Shown here one piece after another: positions 1-11,880 of a stretch of 64,000 bases of DNA. The DNA is from Takakia lepidozioides (Eukaryota > Plantae > Bryophyta): contig CM060733.1 of NCBI GenBank assembly GCA_030704615.1, positions 30,008,001-30,072,000 on the forward strand, written 5' to 3'. The notes beneath the pieces were generated by a model. The model made no database searches, was not told the origin of the DNA, and saw nothing but the letters and a program-made list of their open reading frames with translations. The translations under genes were made by a program, and so were the position numbers. The stretch's first letter is position 1; every line of letters starts with the position of its first letter.

Positions 1-2
1 CT

Positions 3-3000
3 CCGAGCGACATTCCGAGGAGCCAATCACCATACAATCCTAGGTCAGGCTATCCCCCTCTCCCTTATAGTCCTCATGCACATCCATATAATCCTAGTGC
101 AGGTCACCTGCCCCCTTCTGATGCAGGCTATCCTCCCCAGGCTATTCCGTATAATCCTAATGCAGGCCGTCCCCCCCTTCCCTATAATGCTGATGCAGAC
201 TACCGTCCCCAAGTGGCTCAGAAGCCTAGCGCCGGCCACTCTCTTGATGGGCAGCCATACAATCCTAATGCAGGCCATCCTCCACTTCCTTACAGTCCTG
301 ATGCAGGCCACCTGCCTGGGGCATCTCCGTATAATCCTAATGCAGGCCATCCTCCACTTCCTTACAGTCCTGATGCAGGCCACCCTCCTGGGGCGTCTCC
401 GTATAACTCCCATGTAGGCCATCCTTCACTTCCTTACAGTCCTGCTGCAGGCCACCCTCCTGGGGCGGCTCCATATAATTCCCATGTAGGCCATCCTCCA
501 CTTCCTTACAGTCCTGATGCAGGCCATCCTCCTGGGGCGTCTCCATATAATTCCCATGTAGGCCATCCTCCCCTTCCATATATGCCTGATGCACGATATC
601 GGCCACAAGCTCCTCAGAATAATAATGCAGGCTACCTTCCACCCCAAGGTTCTGCAGGACACCCCCCGTTTCAAGACTCCCCATATAATGCTGCCGCTGC
701 AATGGTACATGGACCCAAGTTTAAGGTTGGTGATTGGCTACCCCCTCCTACCAAGTCCAGTGAATTCTTGTTTGAGATAGGAAAGGATTGAAGATACGCA
801 CTTGGAGAGTAAGGGACCACTACATCACCAAAGGGTTCTCCACTACGTGGGACTTACAAAGTGAAGTTGGTTGTGGCCTTCCAGATAAGGCGGGTCACAG
901 CTGAGTGTTGAGAAAGAAAGGAAGACTTAAAGATAGACAGGAACTCTATAGAGGCCCAAGGACATCGATTGATCACATGAATAGGACTTTTGATAAACAA
1001 AGCAATTGCAATTGCAATTGCTAGAATGAGGCCTAAATTGCTGCTTGAATACAGAGCACATTGTGAAGGTAAGCTGCCAAGCAGCTCTGGTCATTATGAC
1101 TAACTAAATGCATTTGCCAAGCCTGGAAACACTTAAAAATCCTGATACAAAGGCAGGAGAAAACGAATAAATTTCTGTCTCCATTTCTTGCATGCAGCAA
1201 GCTGGGTAAATCCTGTCTTCATGCTGCATGTTTATGCATCTTCTTGAGATTGTGGAACTGACTTTGAAAGTCCATGCATCAATGGCTCCATTTTCTTTGT
1301 CCATATTTCTTGGCACTTTTTGGAGGAGGATAGAGGCAGTGAGGGGTGGTGGGGGCAGGGACTGAGATGGATAAACAAGTCCTGACTCTTGAGTAACTCA
1401 ATGTCTGTCTGATGATGCAGCATGGTGGAAAAGTGAGAGGTAGAGGTTGCTGTCGGGACGCCTGGGCTTCTCTGCTCTTCTTTGTTCACTTGTGGGCAGT
1501 CTTTGGCATATCCATTTACCTATGCATCAAGGGCATCCAGAAGACAAATCACAATATGTCCCTAACCCGAAACTCTGTACGTGCAAGTGTCTTGAGCACC
1601 ACTGGATCAGGTCCATCGCCTGCCCCCTCCTCCTCTCAGCATTTGTATAGCATTTGGGACTGGGTCCCACAGCTGGCAGCAGCAGCACTGTCAGGTGCAT
1701 TGTTCTCATGGCTATGGCAGATACTGATCAAGCTGTTCCCAAAGACTATGATATATGTCACATTGTCGATGGGTGCAGTTGCAACAGGTATTTGTCGCAC
1801 GCCAACTATAGGGCACAGGGGATGCAAGAAAAAGCATTGTGCAGTTTGTCGTTGATGGCAGTTGTTTAGGTTGTGAATTTTTGTGGTAATAAGTGATAAC
1901 TCCCGTGTACTTTCCAAGCCAATTTGAATCTTTGGGCAGGGTTGGCATGAAATTGTGCCATCCAGTCAATGTGACGACAATCTTTCTCGGAATATTTGAC
2001 CAATTTGACAAAGTGTTTATTAGAGCCTTAGGGTGCAGTCATACCAAAAAGGCAGGGATCCATACTGGGCAGAGTAGAGAAGGAACATGTGGAGTGTGAC
2101 CTGAGTGTGTAAGACATTCAACCTGTTCGATTGTCACCAAGGGTTAACAACATGCCATCTCCTATACCAAAAGTGTCAGGAATGCTACTGAGAGTACCAG
2201 ACTGTACCACTGTCGTTGTTGCATGATTGTGACTACGTTTTGTGCTGTGGTGCAACAGGACTGTTGGGTATCATACTGCTTGCCACAGGGAGTGGCAAAG
2301 GTCTGGTTGGGCTTGTGTTTATCATCTTTGCACTGTTTCAAGCTCTCTTTATCCACCTTGTCAGCCACCGGTACGATTTCCTTCTCAGTACTCTAATAGA
2401 TCACCATTCGATAAGAGGTATGTTGTTAGGAAAAAGCACTGGAAAGTCTCTAAGAAAGACAGTCATGAAGGTGTTTCTTGGCTTAGGATGTTGGTGGTGA
2501 CTGGTACATTGTGTAACTGTTTTTTTCCTTCAAATCAGGTGTGCTGTTGTGGTGTGTTTCTAGCCAGCTGAGTGCCGCTCACTTTTTAATTTCTCTCTCT
2601 TGTAGGTTTGAGTTATAACAAAGTAAAGCAGGTGCATATGCCTAACTGGGGAGATGGAGTACCTTGGAAAATGCACTTTCACTATTTACTTCAAAGCATG
2701 ACTTCGGCCAAAAGCCCTACGGTTGTCAAAGTCGAGCACTTTGTGCTGTACTAATGTCACTTCTGGGAAAATATATTGAGAGCTATGACACTCGTGGTTG
2801 ATGATGCTAATTTATGCTATCATGTCATGTTTGGTCTCACCTGCAACTTCTCTCGCGGACGTTATAAAGCACCATTTCATTTCATTCTCTGTTGGTTGAT
2901 TGCAGGATTTCATTTGCAGCAACACTGCTTACAAAGGCTCTTTTGGTGACGGGAAAATACCGTGCCACATATGTGGTGTCATACTTTGCAGTCATCTTAT

Positions 3001-5412
3001 CAATGCTCTGGCTGGCAATCTGGATCTTTGGGGTCGCAGGGGCTATCAGCCTTCCATATGGAGGCTACTATGTGGTTGCTTACCTTCTCAGTCTTGCATG
3101 GACAATTGAAGTCCTTCACAACACTGTTCATGTGACAGTTTCAGGGACTGTGGCCAGTTTCTACTTCGAGGTATCCACATCATGCTTGCTTCTTATAGGG
3201 GCGATTTGATTTGAATTCCTTGTGTGGGTATATGTTGAAGCATATGTCATAGAAGAATGAAATCGATTGGCTCTTGTGTACGTATTTGTGGGAGAACAAT
3301 AAACCGGTGAGTGGGGGATCCTTTGTGTCTAGAGTAGTGCGTCACATGGGTATCCTATACCATCTTTTGACTTTATTAGAGTGAAGGCAATATGTACAAA
3401 TGAATTTGGGGGCAACCTCTAAAAGTCACAGCTTTCCTAAGGCCCTGCTGCAGATCCTGGGTGCAGTCAGAGAAAGGGATGTTCCCTCTCGATTACCACC
3501 CTCATTTTGGGCACCCATTTGGGAGAGTAGGAGCACAACTTGGTTCTCACAACCATTGGCCATTATGGCAGCAGCAGTCGCTGGCCCAGTGAAGGAATGC
3601 GAAACAGGAATGTTGTCCAACCAAGTGGTTTGTCTTCCCAATGTCTTTCAGTTTGACAAGGGAAAATTCTCTTACGCACATTCTCACCCTGTATGTTTTC
3701 AGGAGCATAATATGCCTCGGTGTCCAACTATGCGTGCTCTCTTCCGTGCATGCATATCATCGTTTGGAAGTATTTGTTTTGGATCCTTAATAGTGGCCTT
3801 TGTCCAGACCATGCGTGCAGTGGTAATTCTCTGACCTCCATGACTACCCCTCTCAGAGTCTGCATTACAGCTTGAATGCAGTGGAAGATACTTCCTGACT
3901 AGCTGGCCAGCTGTACTTAGAAGGACCTGCCTCTATTGGTTTCTCTCAGTAGACTCTTTTTCACAAATACTACATTTTACATGTAATGAATGATGAATAT
4001 ACCTGTGAGATTTAGGGACACCAGTTTTGTCAGCGGAGGAGGTGCTGTCAACTTGGCCTCATGGAATAATGGATGGATCATACAAGCGGTCTACAAACAA
4101 TCCTCACCCACCAAAGATTGTCCACCATTGTCTAGACTCCACAAGTTCTAATTTTCTCAAAGGCAAGAAGTTTTTGCACTCTGAAGGATGGACATTCTTG
4201 TGATCATTAGAAGGACACCAATCATCATATGGTTTTAGTGAAGTAATCAGCATGGTATGGGAATGCTTCAGGTGAGGACTTTAGCCTCAGCCCAAGGAGA
4301 GAAAGGTGTCAACGAGTTTCTGTTCTCATGCGTGAACTGTTTTCTTGGTGTTATGGAAAATCTTATTCAGTATTTCAACAAGTGGGCGTATGTTCAGGTA
4401 CGCACCAATCTGGCGTAAGTTCATGATTCTTTTCCAACATATAGGCAGTTTGAGAGTTCCTAGTTGCATGATCCAGACAGGTTGGAGATCGTTGAGTCTG
4501 GGTGCTGATGAAAGTGGGCCTGATGGATAGCCCAATCAGAATAATTTGGGAGAATGAGCTCTGGAAGAGGACAGTTGGGGACAGGAGTTATGTTGCAGAA
4601 ATGGTAAAAAGGCTTGACAAAGGAGTCTAGTGAATGGAATTGAACCAAAGGAGAGTATGATGAACGATCTTCATTAGCTTCCAAACATGAAGTTAGATTC
4701 ATTGGCATCTTCAGATAAGTCCTGACAGTTGGCAAATAGTTCCACATTTATGACTTTTTCTTACAAAGTTTCTCGATGAATGAATTCTTAACTTGTCTTG
4801 TGCAGGTGGCCATTTATGGAAAGAACTTTGTGAGGGCATCTAAGGATACATGGCAGATGTTCAAATCTACTGGAATGGATATTTTGGTCAACGATGACTT
4901 GACAGGCAGTGTGCTCTTCACGGGCTGTATAATTGGGGGTGTATTGTCAGCACTTGTGGGGGGTTGCTGGACGTATGTCATACATCGAAACCTCACAGTC
5001 GGAGTGTCAATCGTATCCTTCTTCATGGGGTACTTCATGGTAAGAAGAAATGAAATGAAATGAAATGGTGCTTTATAACGTCCACGGAAAGCTCATAGAG
5101 GCAAGAAGAGAAAAAATCCCAGGGAATGGTGGGGGCCAGGGTATAGTGGAATATGCTTAGCAGTTTTTGATCAATCCGTTGTCTTCCTTCCTGTGCCATG
5201 ACATCTCTTCACTGGGCACTAGGAAGCTGACAGGGATGTTGGAAATGTTGCAGACTTATCTGACCATGGTGGTGGCCGAGAGTTGTGTGGCTTCTTACTA
5301 CGTTTGCTTTGCTGAGGACCCCCTCACTTTGCAGAGGAATGATCCCCCCTTCTTCCAGTACATGTGGGAACACAAGGAGTATCTTCAACAACAACGTACC
5401 TTGAGCCCGTAA
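3..5412 (+). CDS. Plasma-membrane choline transporter-like (PNS1/CTL, SLC44 family) protein, 5'-partial, with Pro-rich repeat N-terminus
   Basis: In-frame GT-AG exons <3-726, 1421-1787, 2259-2370, 2906-3170, 3703-3822, 4272-4397, 4806-5039, 5254-5412. They encode many TM helices and family motifs RDAWASLLF, SFGSICFGSLIVA, YFNKWAYVQVAIYGKNF, LVNDDL and YVCFAEDP. The frame is open from position 3, so the start lies upstream of the window. Confidence 0.9.
255..590 (+). repeat. Coding tandem repeat with a 72-bp (24-aa) unit PYNxxxGHPPLPYSPDAGHPPGAS, about 4.5 copies, plus degenerate units upstream
   Basis: Units start at 255, 327, 399, 471 and 543. The repeat explains the overlapping spurious ORFs in other frames. 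Confidence 0.9.
5047..5100 (-). mobile_element. 3' end of a non-LTR retroposon with a pentanucleotide tail (copy 1 of 3)
   Basis: taacgtccacggaaagctc is preceded by (GAAAT)n. The same motif with (GAACG/GAATG)n or (GAAAC)n occurs at about 18958-19013 and 19121-19164. All copies are intronic. Confidence 0.55.
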
Positions 5413-5957
5413 TTCTCAGGGTTCATATCTTTCTTATCTTCAGTTTAGGAGTATCATCATCATGATTCTTTGAGAACACCTCACTCATGTCTTTCTCAAG
5501 GCAGGCAGCTGAAAGGAAAAACTCCTTCACATTTTTGGCTCAATCTCAAAACTGTGCTTAGCAAAGCTCTATTGTACCCACTGTGCCCAAAACACTGGTT
5601 TTCCTTCTATACCAAAAATTAGAAGAGAGAAATTGGGCCTGTACTATCGAATGATCCATGTATATTACTTTATTGATGAGACCAAGAGAGATTATATTAT
5701 ACCCAGAATCATCCAGGGTCTGCATCCTGGTGTTTATTTTGACCAACTAAGCATGAGACAGTACGGAAAGCGCCACTATTGCTTTCAACTTCTGTGGATA
5801 TGAATCTATTGTTCTGCAGGCCTGTTGTGTTGCCACCTTTGAACACATTCTTTTCTTGTACTTCAAGATGAAAGATAGTACATAAGTAGGGTAACGCAAA
5901 AACCTTAATCACAGCTAAGGTAACAAGTGAGCTTGGCACCTTAGAGATGTTACCACG

Positions 5958-6033
5958 CCTGTCTTTCTTATAGGGCCTACCCGAAAGGGGCTGTAGCAGG
6001 AAGGCGAAGTGGCTGGCTTTGCTTCTCTCTCTC
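5958..6033 (+). repeat. Short structured dispersed repeat ending in (TC)n, family copy
   Basis: cctgtctttcttatagggcc...cccgaaagggg...gaagtggct...ttctctctctc matches the reverse complement of 59821-59928 and 56495-56566. Confidence 0.65.
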
Positions 6034-6065
6034 AGCTGGGCACGTCATACAAGCTTATCCTAAGC

Positions 6066-8194
6066 TTAGGCTGAAGCAAGGCTGCAATAGCTTTTGATTG
6101 CGGGAAAGCGAGGTGTGGCAGTAGCAAAGGGTGAGGTTTTGCACTGGCACACAAGCCCAGGTCCTTCGCTAACTTCTATCTCATGGGGAGCTATGCCTGG
6201 AGGAGGTGTCCAATTGAAAGCGTGAACAAGAGAGGCCACAACGTGTGGCAACGTACTCATTGCCAACGGAGTGCCAGGGCATACGCGCCTGCCGTTGCCG
6301 AAGGCGAGAAAGTGGGAGTTCCCTATCACATTTATATCGGATCCCAAAAACCGCTCAGGTAAGAATTCTAATGGGTTTGACCACGTCGTTGGATCCCTAT
6401 TAATGGCCCAGACGTTGAGAAATACCGTCGTGTTTGTGGGGATTGTATAGCCGAACACGCTTGTCTCCTTCTCATTCATGCGTGGTAGCGACAGTGGGAG
6501 TACAGGGTGAAGACGCAATGTCTCTTTAATCACAGCCTGCAAAGAGTGAACTTCAGCTCCATAAAGAATTATTCCACCGTTCTGGACGACAAGGATCATG
6601 GGCCTGTCCCTCAAAGACATCTAGATTCATAATAACTTCTGAAACATGACAAGAGATTGCTGGTCCTTCGTTTACAACACCTTCTTTTCTCTCAGAATGC
6701 ATCATTCTCTGGAGTACAAAGGAATTCATACCAGCAAGTACGGCATATTCAACACATCGGTGTCTTCCACGGAGCGTTCTACACCAACAATACTGTCGAC
6801 TTCTGTTTGCAACTTGTGCATCATGTTGGGGTGCCGAATCAGCTCTGTGACTGCCCACTCTGCCGATGAAGCCGTTGTGTCCTTTCCCGCAACTATTATA
6901 TCCTACACTTGAAGGTGGTCATGTTAGTGTGTTGCAATAGTTCATGTACAAGAAGATGCAGGTTTTGAACGTGCCAACGGAATGAAGTGTTTCCATTCCC
7001 GGCGAAAGTTACTAGCCCGACGCAGGCTCACAAATTTGCTTGGAAACAGAAGAATCGGATCCTCCTCTTCAAACTATAAAATCCTGTTCCAACTACAAAA
7101 TGTTACAATAGAACATTGCCCCCGCTTGACCAGTCCCCATGGGTACTATCACCAGGAAGGAGGACAGGAATTCGTGTGTGTTTCTTTGTTTCTCCACTCA
7201 TTTCTCTTCAAGCAAAATTCTGTAATAATTCAAGTTTCAATCTTGAAGTTCGTGTACTTACAAACAGAGTCGTGCAGATGCAGGTGTCAGAGAGGCGATC
7301 TTCTCCATCCAAAGACATTAGAGTGTCTACAAAGCCGGTGCTTGTCGCCTTTTCAGAGGGTTTCCGGCACTCCTCAAGTAGATTTCTACTGAGCTCATCT
7401 ACCTGAGGCTTCAATTTCCTGAATCCAGATCTCAGGCCTTGCACGTCGAAGGGTCTCAGCATGGGTATCATGTCCCCGATGTTCAAGGTTCCAGCCAGTG
7501 CGACCATTTGTGAGAAGACAAATTCGAACTTTTCCAGCAGGTGCTTGTTTCCGGGATCAGTAAATCGGTTGCCGAATAGAAGCTGACAGACATTATTCCT
7601 AGTGAGTGTGTGTATGGTAGATCTCAGATCCACCAATTTCCCCAGCTGCGCGAGATTGTAGATAGACCCCACAGTTTCTGCAATTTCTTCCTTCCTCATA
7701 TCGCCCAGTGCCTTGAGTTTTGCAGAGCTGGAAAGCTCAGTCTTGCAGACTTTACGGATCCCCATTATACGCGGCCCATATGAAGAGGTGGGAAAAGACC
7801 AGTCTTGGATGCCCTGGTAGCAGCACTCATTTAAAGTTTTGAAGATAGTGGAGTGCGGTCTGTTGGCAAAGATAGCATCTACCTTGAAATATGCTTGGGC
7901 CATCTCTGCACTGGACACTACTAGAATAGGAAGAGAACCAAAGTGCATGAGGAAGAGGGGCCCATATCTTTTTGACAAGGCTGTTAAAGACAGATGTGGG
8001 AGGGTGGTGCCTACAAGGAACAAGTTGCCCACTATGGGCCAGCTCCGAGGCCCTGGGGGAAGGTTCCTACGATCCCGTTTCATCCAAAAGATCACAAGTA
8101 AAGTGGCGCTCAGAATCACAGAGGTCCAGGTGATTTGCCACCCATCCCCTCTTTGCAACGCATGCCCCCATCCCCCTATCCACTTATTACTCAT
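6066..8194 (-). CDS. Cytochrome P450, A-type/CYP71 clan, 3 exons
   Basis: Exons about 8194-7262, 6902-6732 and 6536-6066. N-terminal TM helix, LPPGP hinge, I-helix AGKDTT, ETLR, PERF and heme motif FGNGRRVCPG. The start codon is uncertain. Confidence 0.93.
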
Positions 8195-9378
8195 GTTGTA
8201 CCAACAAGTTTTGGAAGCTCCGGAGGACGTAACCCTCAGCTCGGTATCGAGTCTTTCTCTCACGGGATCTGCAATTCTCTCTGCCCCTCTTCCTTTCCTA
8301 TGCTCTCTCCTGCTGTCTTTGAGCCTGTGCGTCTACATTCCTGACAAATCTAGTGTACACAGCAGACAGTCCACAGTTGCTGACTGAACGAGTATCTTGC
8401 TGTCGTACGGCGCGTTTCCCCTCTCTTTTGTCCACAAAGAACCCCGCGACAGGGCCACGCTCCTGAAAACAAAAAGTTACGGAGAATGTAAGGACTTAAG
8501 TATGTATTAGACGTCGGACGCGCCTGATCTTACGGTACTTTCGGTGGATTCCGGCAGCGTGGGCCACGCTCCTTCGGTGGTCCCCTGTCAAATTTGAATT
8601 CTGTGGACGGATTTTCATGGAGGTGTTGAGCCCTCTGATTCCAAGCCTATGGTATGTCAAAAACCAAGATTTGAAACAAGATGGGTTCACTATCCTTAAC
8701 TTATCTGTTACCAGCATGATATCAATGTACACACCACCAAACGCTGGAGGCCTTCACCTTAAGAGCTTATGATCCCGTGCCTAAGATCCGGTCTGCAAAT
8801 TATATATTGCACCAATTTCCCACTATAGTTTAGCATCATTAACCAAGAATGTGTTGCATTTGCTGATGTGCAGCCCAAATTAGAGCAAACCAGGTGACTC
8901 TCAAACATGAAAGTATGATGTTCCCATGCTTTAAAACAGTTGAGTGCAAGGGTGTGGACATTTTCCCGCCCATCACACCTTGATATTCGTTGGCGTGCTG
9001 GGTTCCGCTTGGCGTGTAGGGTGGGGATGCTCTTAGTGACGTGGTGGGCCTACGACTTTGACTAACCTGGGCCTTACCAGGCTTTTGGGGGGGGGGGTGA
9101 TGACAAAATTAAATACATACCTACAAATCATTCCAGATTTCACGCAGCTGCTGATCGCGAGAGCTCCACGGGTGGCACTTGTGATGAGCAGGTTTGGGCA
9201 GCTGCCGAGATCACGAGACTGCAAGTGAACTCGCGGAGGGAGAGTTGCAACGTTGCTTATATAAGTTACTAGTGATTTCTGTCATCACGTCAAGGCTTCC
9301 TCCTCATCGCTCTGCTGCCCGACGCATTCTATTCGAGTGGTCTGCTCTAGTAGCAGCTGCCGGCCGGAGGACTGCAGA

Positions 9379-10131
9379 ATGCTTCCCCAGCTCCAGAGCC
9401 CGCTCCATAATGGCCTATCAATTCATTGCCAAAGTGGTCTCCCTATCTTCCTCCCTCGCTGGACCCTCCCTTGCTTCTCTTCTCTTGTCAAATACCCGTC
9501 TTCCCTTCTTGTGCGATGCACAGCTAGCAGGGTAGAACAACATCCTGGAAATGTACCCATTGAGAATCCCACGATTGATGAGATCGAGCTTCCACCTCTC
9601 GTCCGTTCCATGGACATCGAAGGCCTGCCACCTCGACAGCAGAGCATGTTGGTAGTTGACGCCGAGGAACGCCTGATGAAAATTTTGGAGAGCTGGCCGA
9701 TCAACTCGTTTGAATCCTATTGTCGTCTAGGCATCTCGTCGCCCAGCTTTGTGTACAGCGGAGCCGTCAGTTCTGATCGTCTTGTCGTCTTGTAGCCGTA
9801 TCTACTGCATACGCCCTCACGTTTCTTCTGGATGATCTTTTCTTTGATTCTCCAAACGACTTGCTCCTCGAGGAGTATGGCATCGATCGCAGCATCCGTG
9901 AGAGTCCTCGAAAAATCGGAGAGCTCTACAACAACTTGATCCTTCTCTTCAGGCAACAAGAGCCTCCGTGCGATCCCACCCCGATCGAGGGGTTGATGTG
10001 GGAATTCGGCACTGAGGACTTGAGACGCTTGTCCAACCCGCATGGACAAGCGCTACCGGCACCCTGACTCAGTTTTCCCAGAGCTCACGGCCATCACCAA
10101 TGTCCATCGCCAACAACAAGAGATAATTTAG
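9379..10131 (+). pseudogene. Microbial terpene synthase-like (MTPSL) pseudogene
   Basis: Removing an 8-bp tandem duplication (cgtcttgt x2, 9778-9793) gives FVYSGAVSSDRLVAVSTAYALTFLLDDLFFD, with DDxxxD at 9831-9848. After LRRLSNP the sequence jumps frame at about 10041 to MDKRYRHPDSVFPEL, which carries the C-terminal RY motif. The NSE/DTE region is missing. TATA-like cttatataag at 9256-9265. Confidence 0.72.
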
Positions 10132-11394
10132 AGCCTGATCAGATGCAGCACCTGCATCAACTTTGACATGTACTGTACTGAACAATGCGTCACACTTTCA
10201 ATGTTCAACAAGTCCGGTTCTTCATATATATATATATGTCCGCATGCTTGATCTGCATAGTAGGACTTGATATATTTTCATATGTCATATATAGCTAGAC
10301 ATCAGACATTGCATTGAGTTGTGATTTTTGTGATGATTTCTCTGTATAAAGATGTGGTTTTGGAGTGAACTTTAGCCTACCTCAAAGCCCACATTTGATG
10401 CAGTGAAGTGGTTTCAGCATAGATGGAAACAGCGGCATTGCCCTAGGTTCCACCACTGTCTGCAGCCGTGTCACTTCCAGATATTATGATTGTGTTGGAC
10501 ATACCCAAAAGTTCCTTGTTGATAGGAATTGTCACTTTTTCCCTGCAATTTGGAAACAGTGCAGTCTGGGGCGAACAATCCAATTGGTTTGTCAACATGA
10601 TTGTAACTTCATGAAATGCATACAACACTTTGCCAATTTTGGGAGTTAGTTAGTGAACCACCCCATTGTTTCCCTGTTACTCTCAGGTAATGTTGAACAT
10701 CTAGCGATTGCAACATGCAGCACAAATCTGCCGGTGATTTGCAAACGAACCACGACCCATCTCAAACCTCTCCCCAAGTTTCACCGTCTGCCTGCTAAAC
10801 TCAGATGCTCCATAACTTTTTCGACTCCTACTGCTGACTTCCTCCCACGCACAGCTACCAGTGGGCAGATGCTACGATGAAGTTGTGTGAGGGAAACAAA
10901 TACAGACATGACGCTGACCCTCTACATCATTCAAAATAAAAAACGAGAGAGAATCTAGCGAGACAAGCTTTCTGTAATATCGAAATGCCCACCATTTGCC
11001 GCAATTGTTTTCCCCCGATGCGACAGATCTTCCCGTCCAGAGAATATTCTGTAGAGGCATCATAGATACCCTTAAAACGATGGTTTCAAACCTTAACGCT
11101 CAGGCTGGGAGTAGGAGACTCGAGAAGACTCCATTCGAACAGAATAAAGTGCAGAAGCTCTTTGAATCCAGACCAGCATTGGCTGATGGCTACAGTGACC
11201 CACAAAAAACATGCTGTGCTCATCCTTGAAATTGATCAGATATGGTTGTCATGCGTCTCAAGGGAGCCTTGAAAGAAACTTGAACAGATTTACCGAGATA
11301 ATGCAGGAATCAATGTGACATTGAGCTGTTACTGCTCAACCAAAATACTAAAACCTCTCATTCTCTCTCTCTCCTCTTGTCGCGTTATTAGACG

Positions 11395-11568
11395 GAGTAC
11401 GCATCTGCAATATGGGTTGATAACTCCAACCAGGCTAAAAGTCTCTACAATCCATTCAAGTGGGGGTGCTTAAGGAGTGCATGTCAGCATGCTCCAAAAC
11501 AGCCAATGTGGCTGTTCGGGGTGAGTTTGGTATCCCTTCCTTAAGCTCCCGATGACATGAATTCAAGG
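11395..11568 (+). mobile_element. Degenerate non-LTR retrotransposon fragment (region C-terminal to the RT core)
   Basis: Frameshifted translation EYASAIWVDNSNQAKS/LQSIQVGVLKECMSACSKTANVAVRGEFGIPSLSSR* matches the EY..W...Q...T...AVRGE.G LINE pattern. Confidence 0.6.
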
Positions 11569-11667
11569 TTGAGGGAATTGCTGTCCATCTTGCATTGGAC
11601 CTTCTATTTGGTAGCGCTCTCCCTCTTTTTGAACTTTCATCTCGACGTCATAACCGAGCATAGCGAA

Positions 11668-11880
11668 GGCTCCGGACGACATAACCCTTAGCTTGGTATT
11701 GAGTCTTTGTCTCGCTGGGTCTCCAATTCACTCGACCCCTCTTCCTTTCCTATTGTTTTTGAACCCAGGTGGGCTGTCGGGTTTCCTGCCAAATCTACTG
11801 TATGTGTTCTGAGCATCAGCCAGGCAGAACATCCGAAGTTGCTGACTTACCGAATATACCGCTGTACGTTTGGGTCGCGA
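11668..11880 (-). repeat. Diverged duplicate of the P450 5' leader/upstream region (8216-8416)
   Basis: Colinear similarity, e.g. gctccggacgacataacccttagcttggtattgagtcttt vs gctccggaggacgtaaccctcagctcggtatcgagtcttt. cccctcttcctttccta and agttgctgact are shared. Confidence 0.75.

Noticed and set aside
45-780. Several overlapping repetitive ORFs in other frames and strands
   Set aside because: They are shadows of the 72-bp coding repeat; only the Pro-rich frame splices into the transporter.
10443-10628. IIISGSDTAA resembling a P450 I-helix
   Set aside because: There are no flanking P450 motifs in any frame; probably chance.
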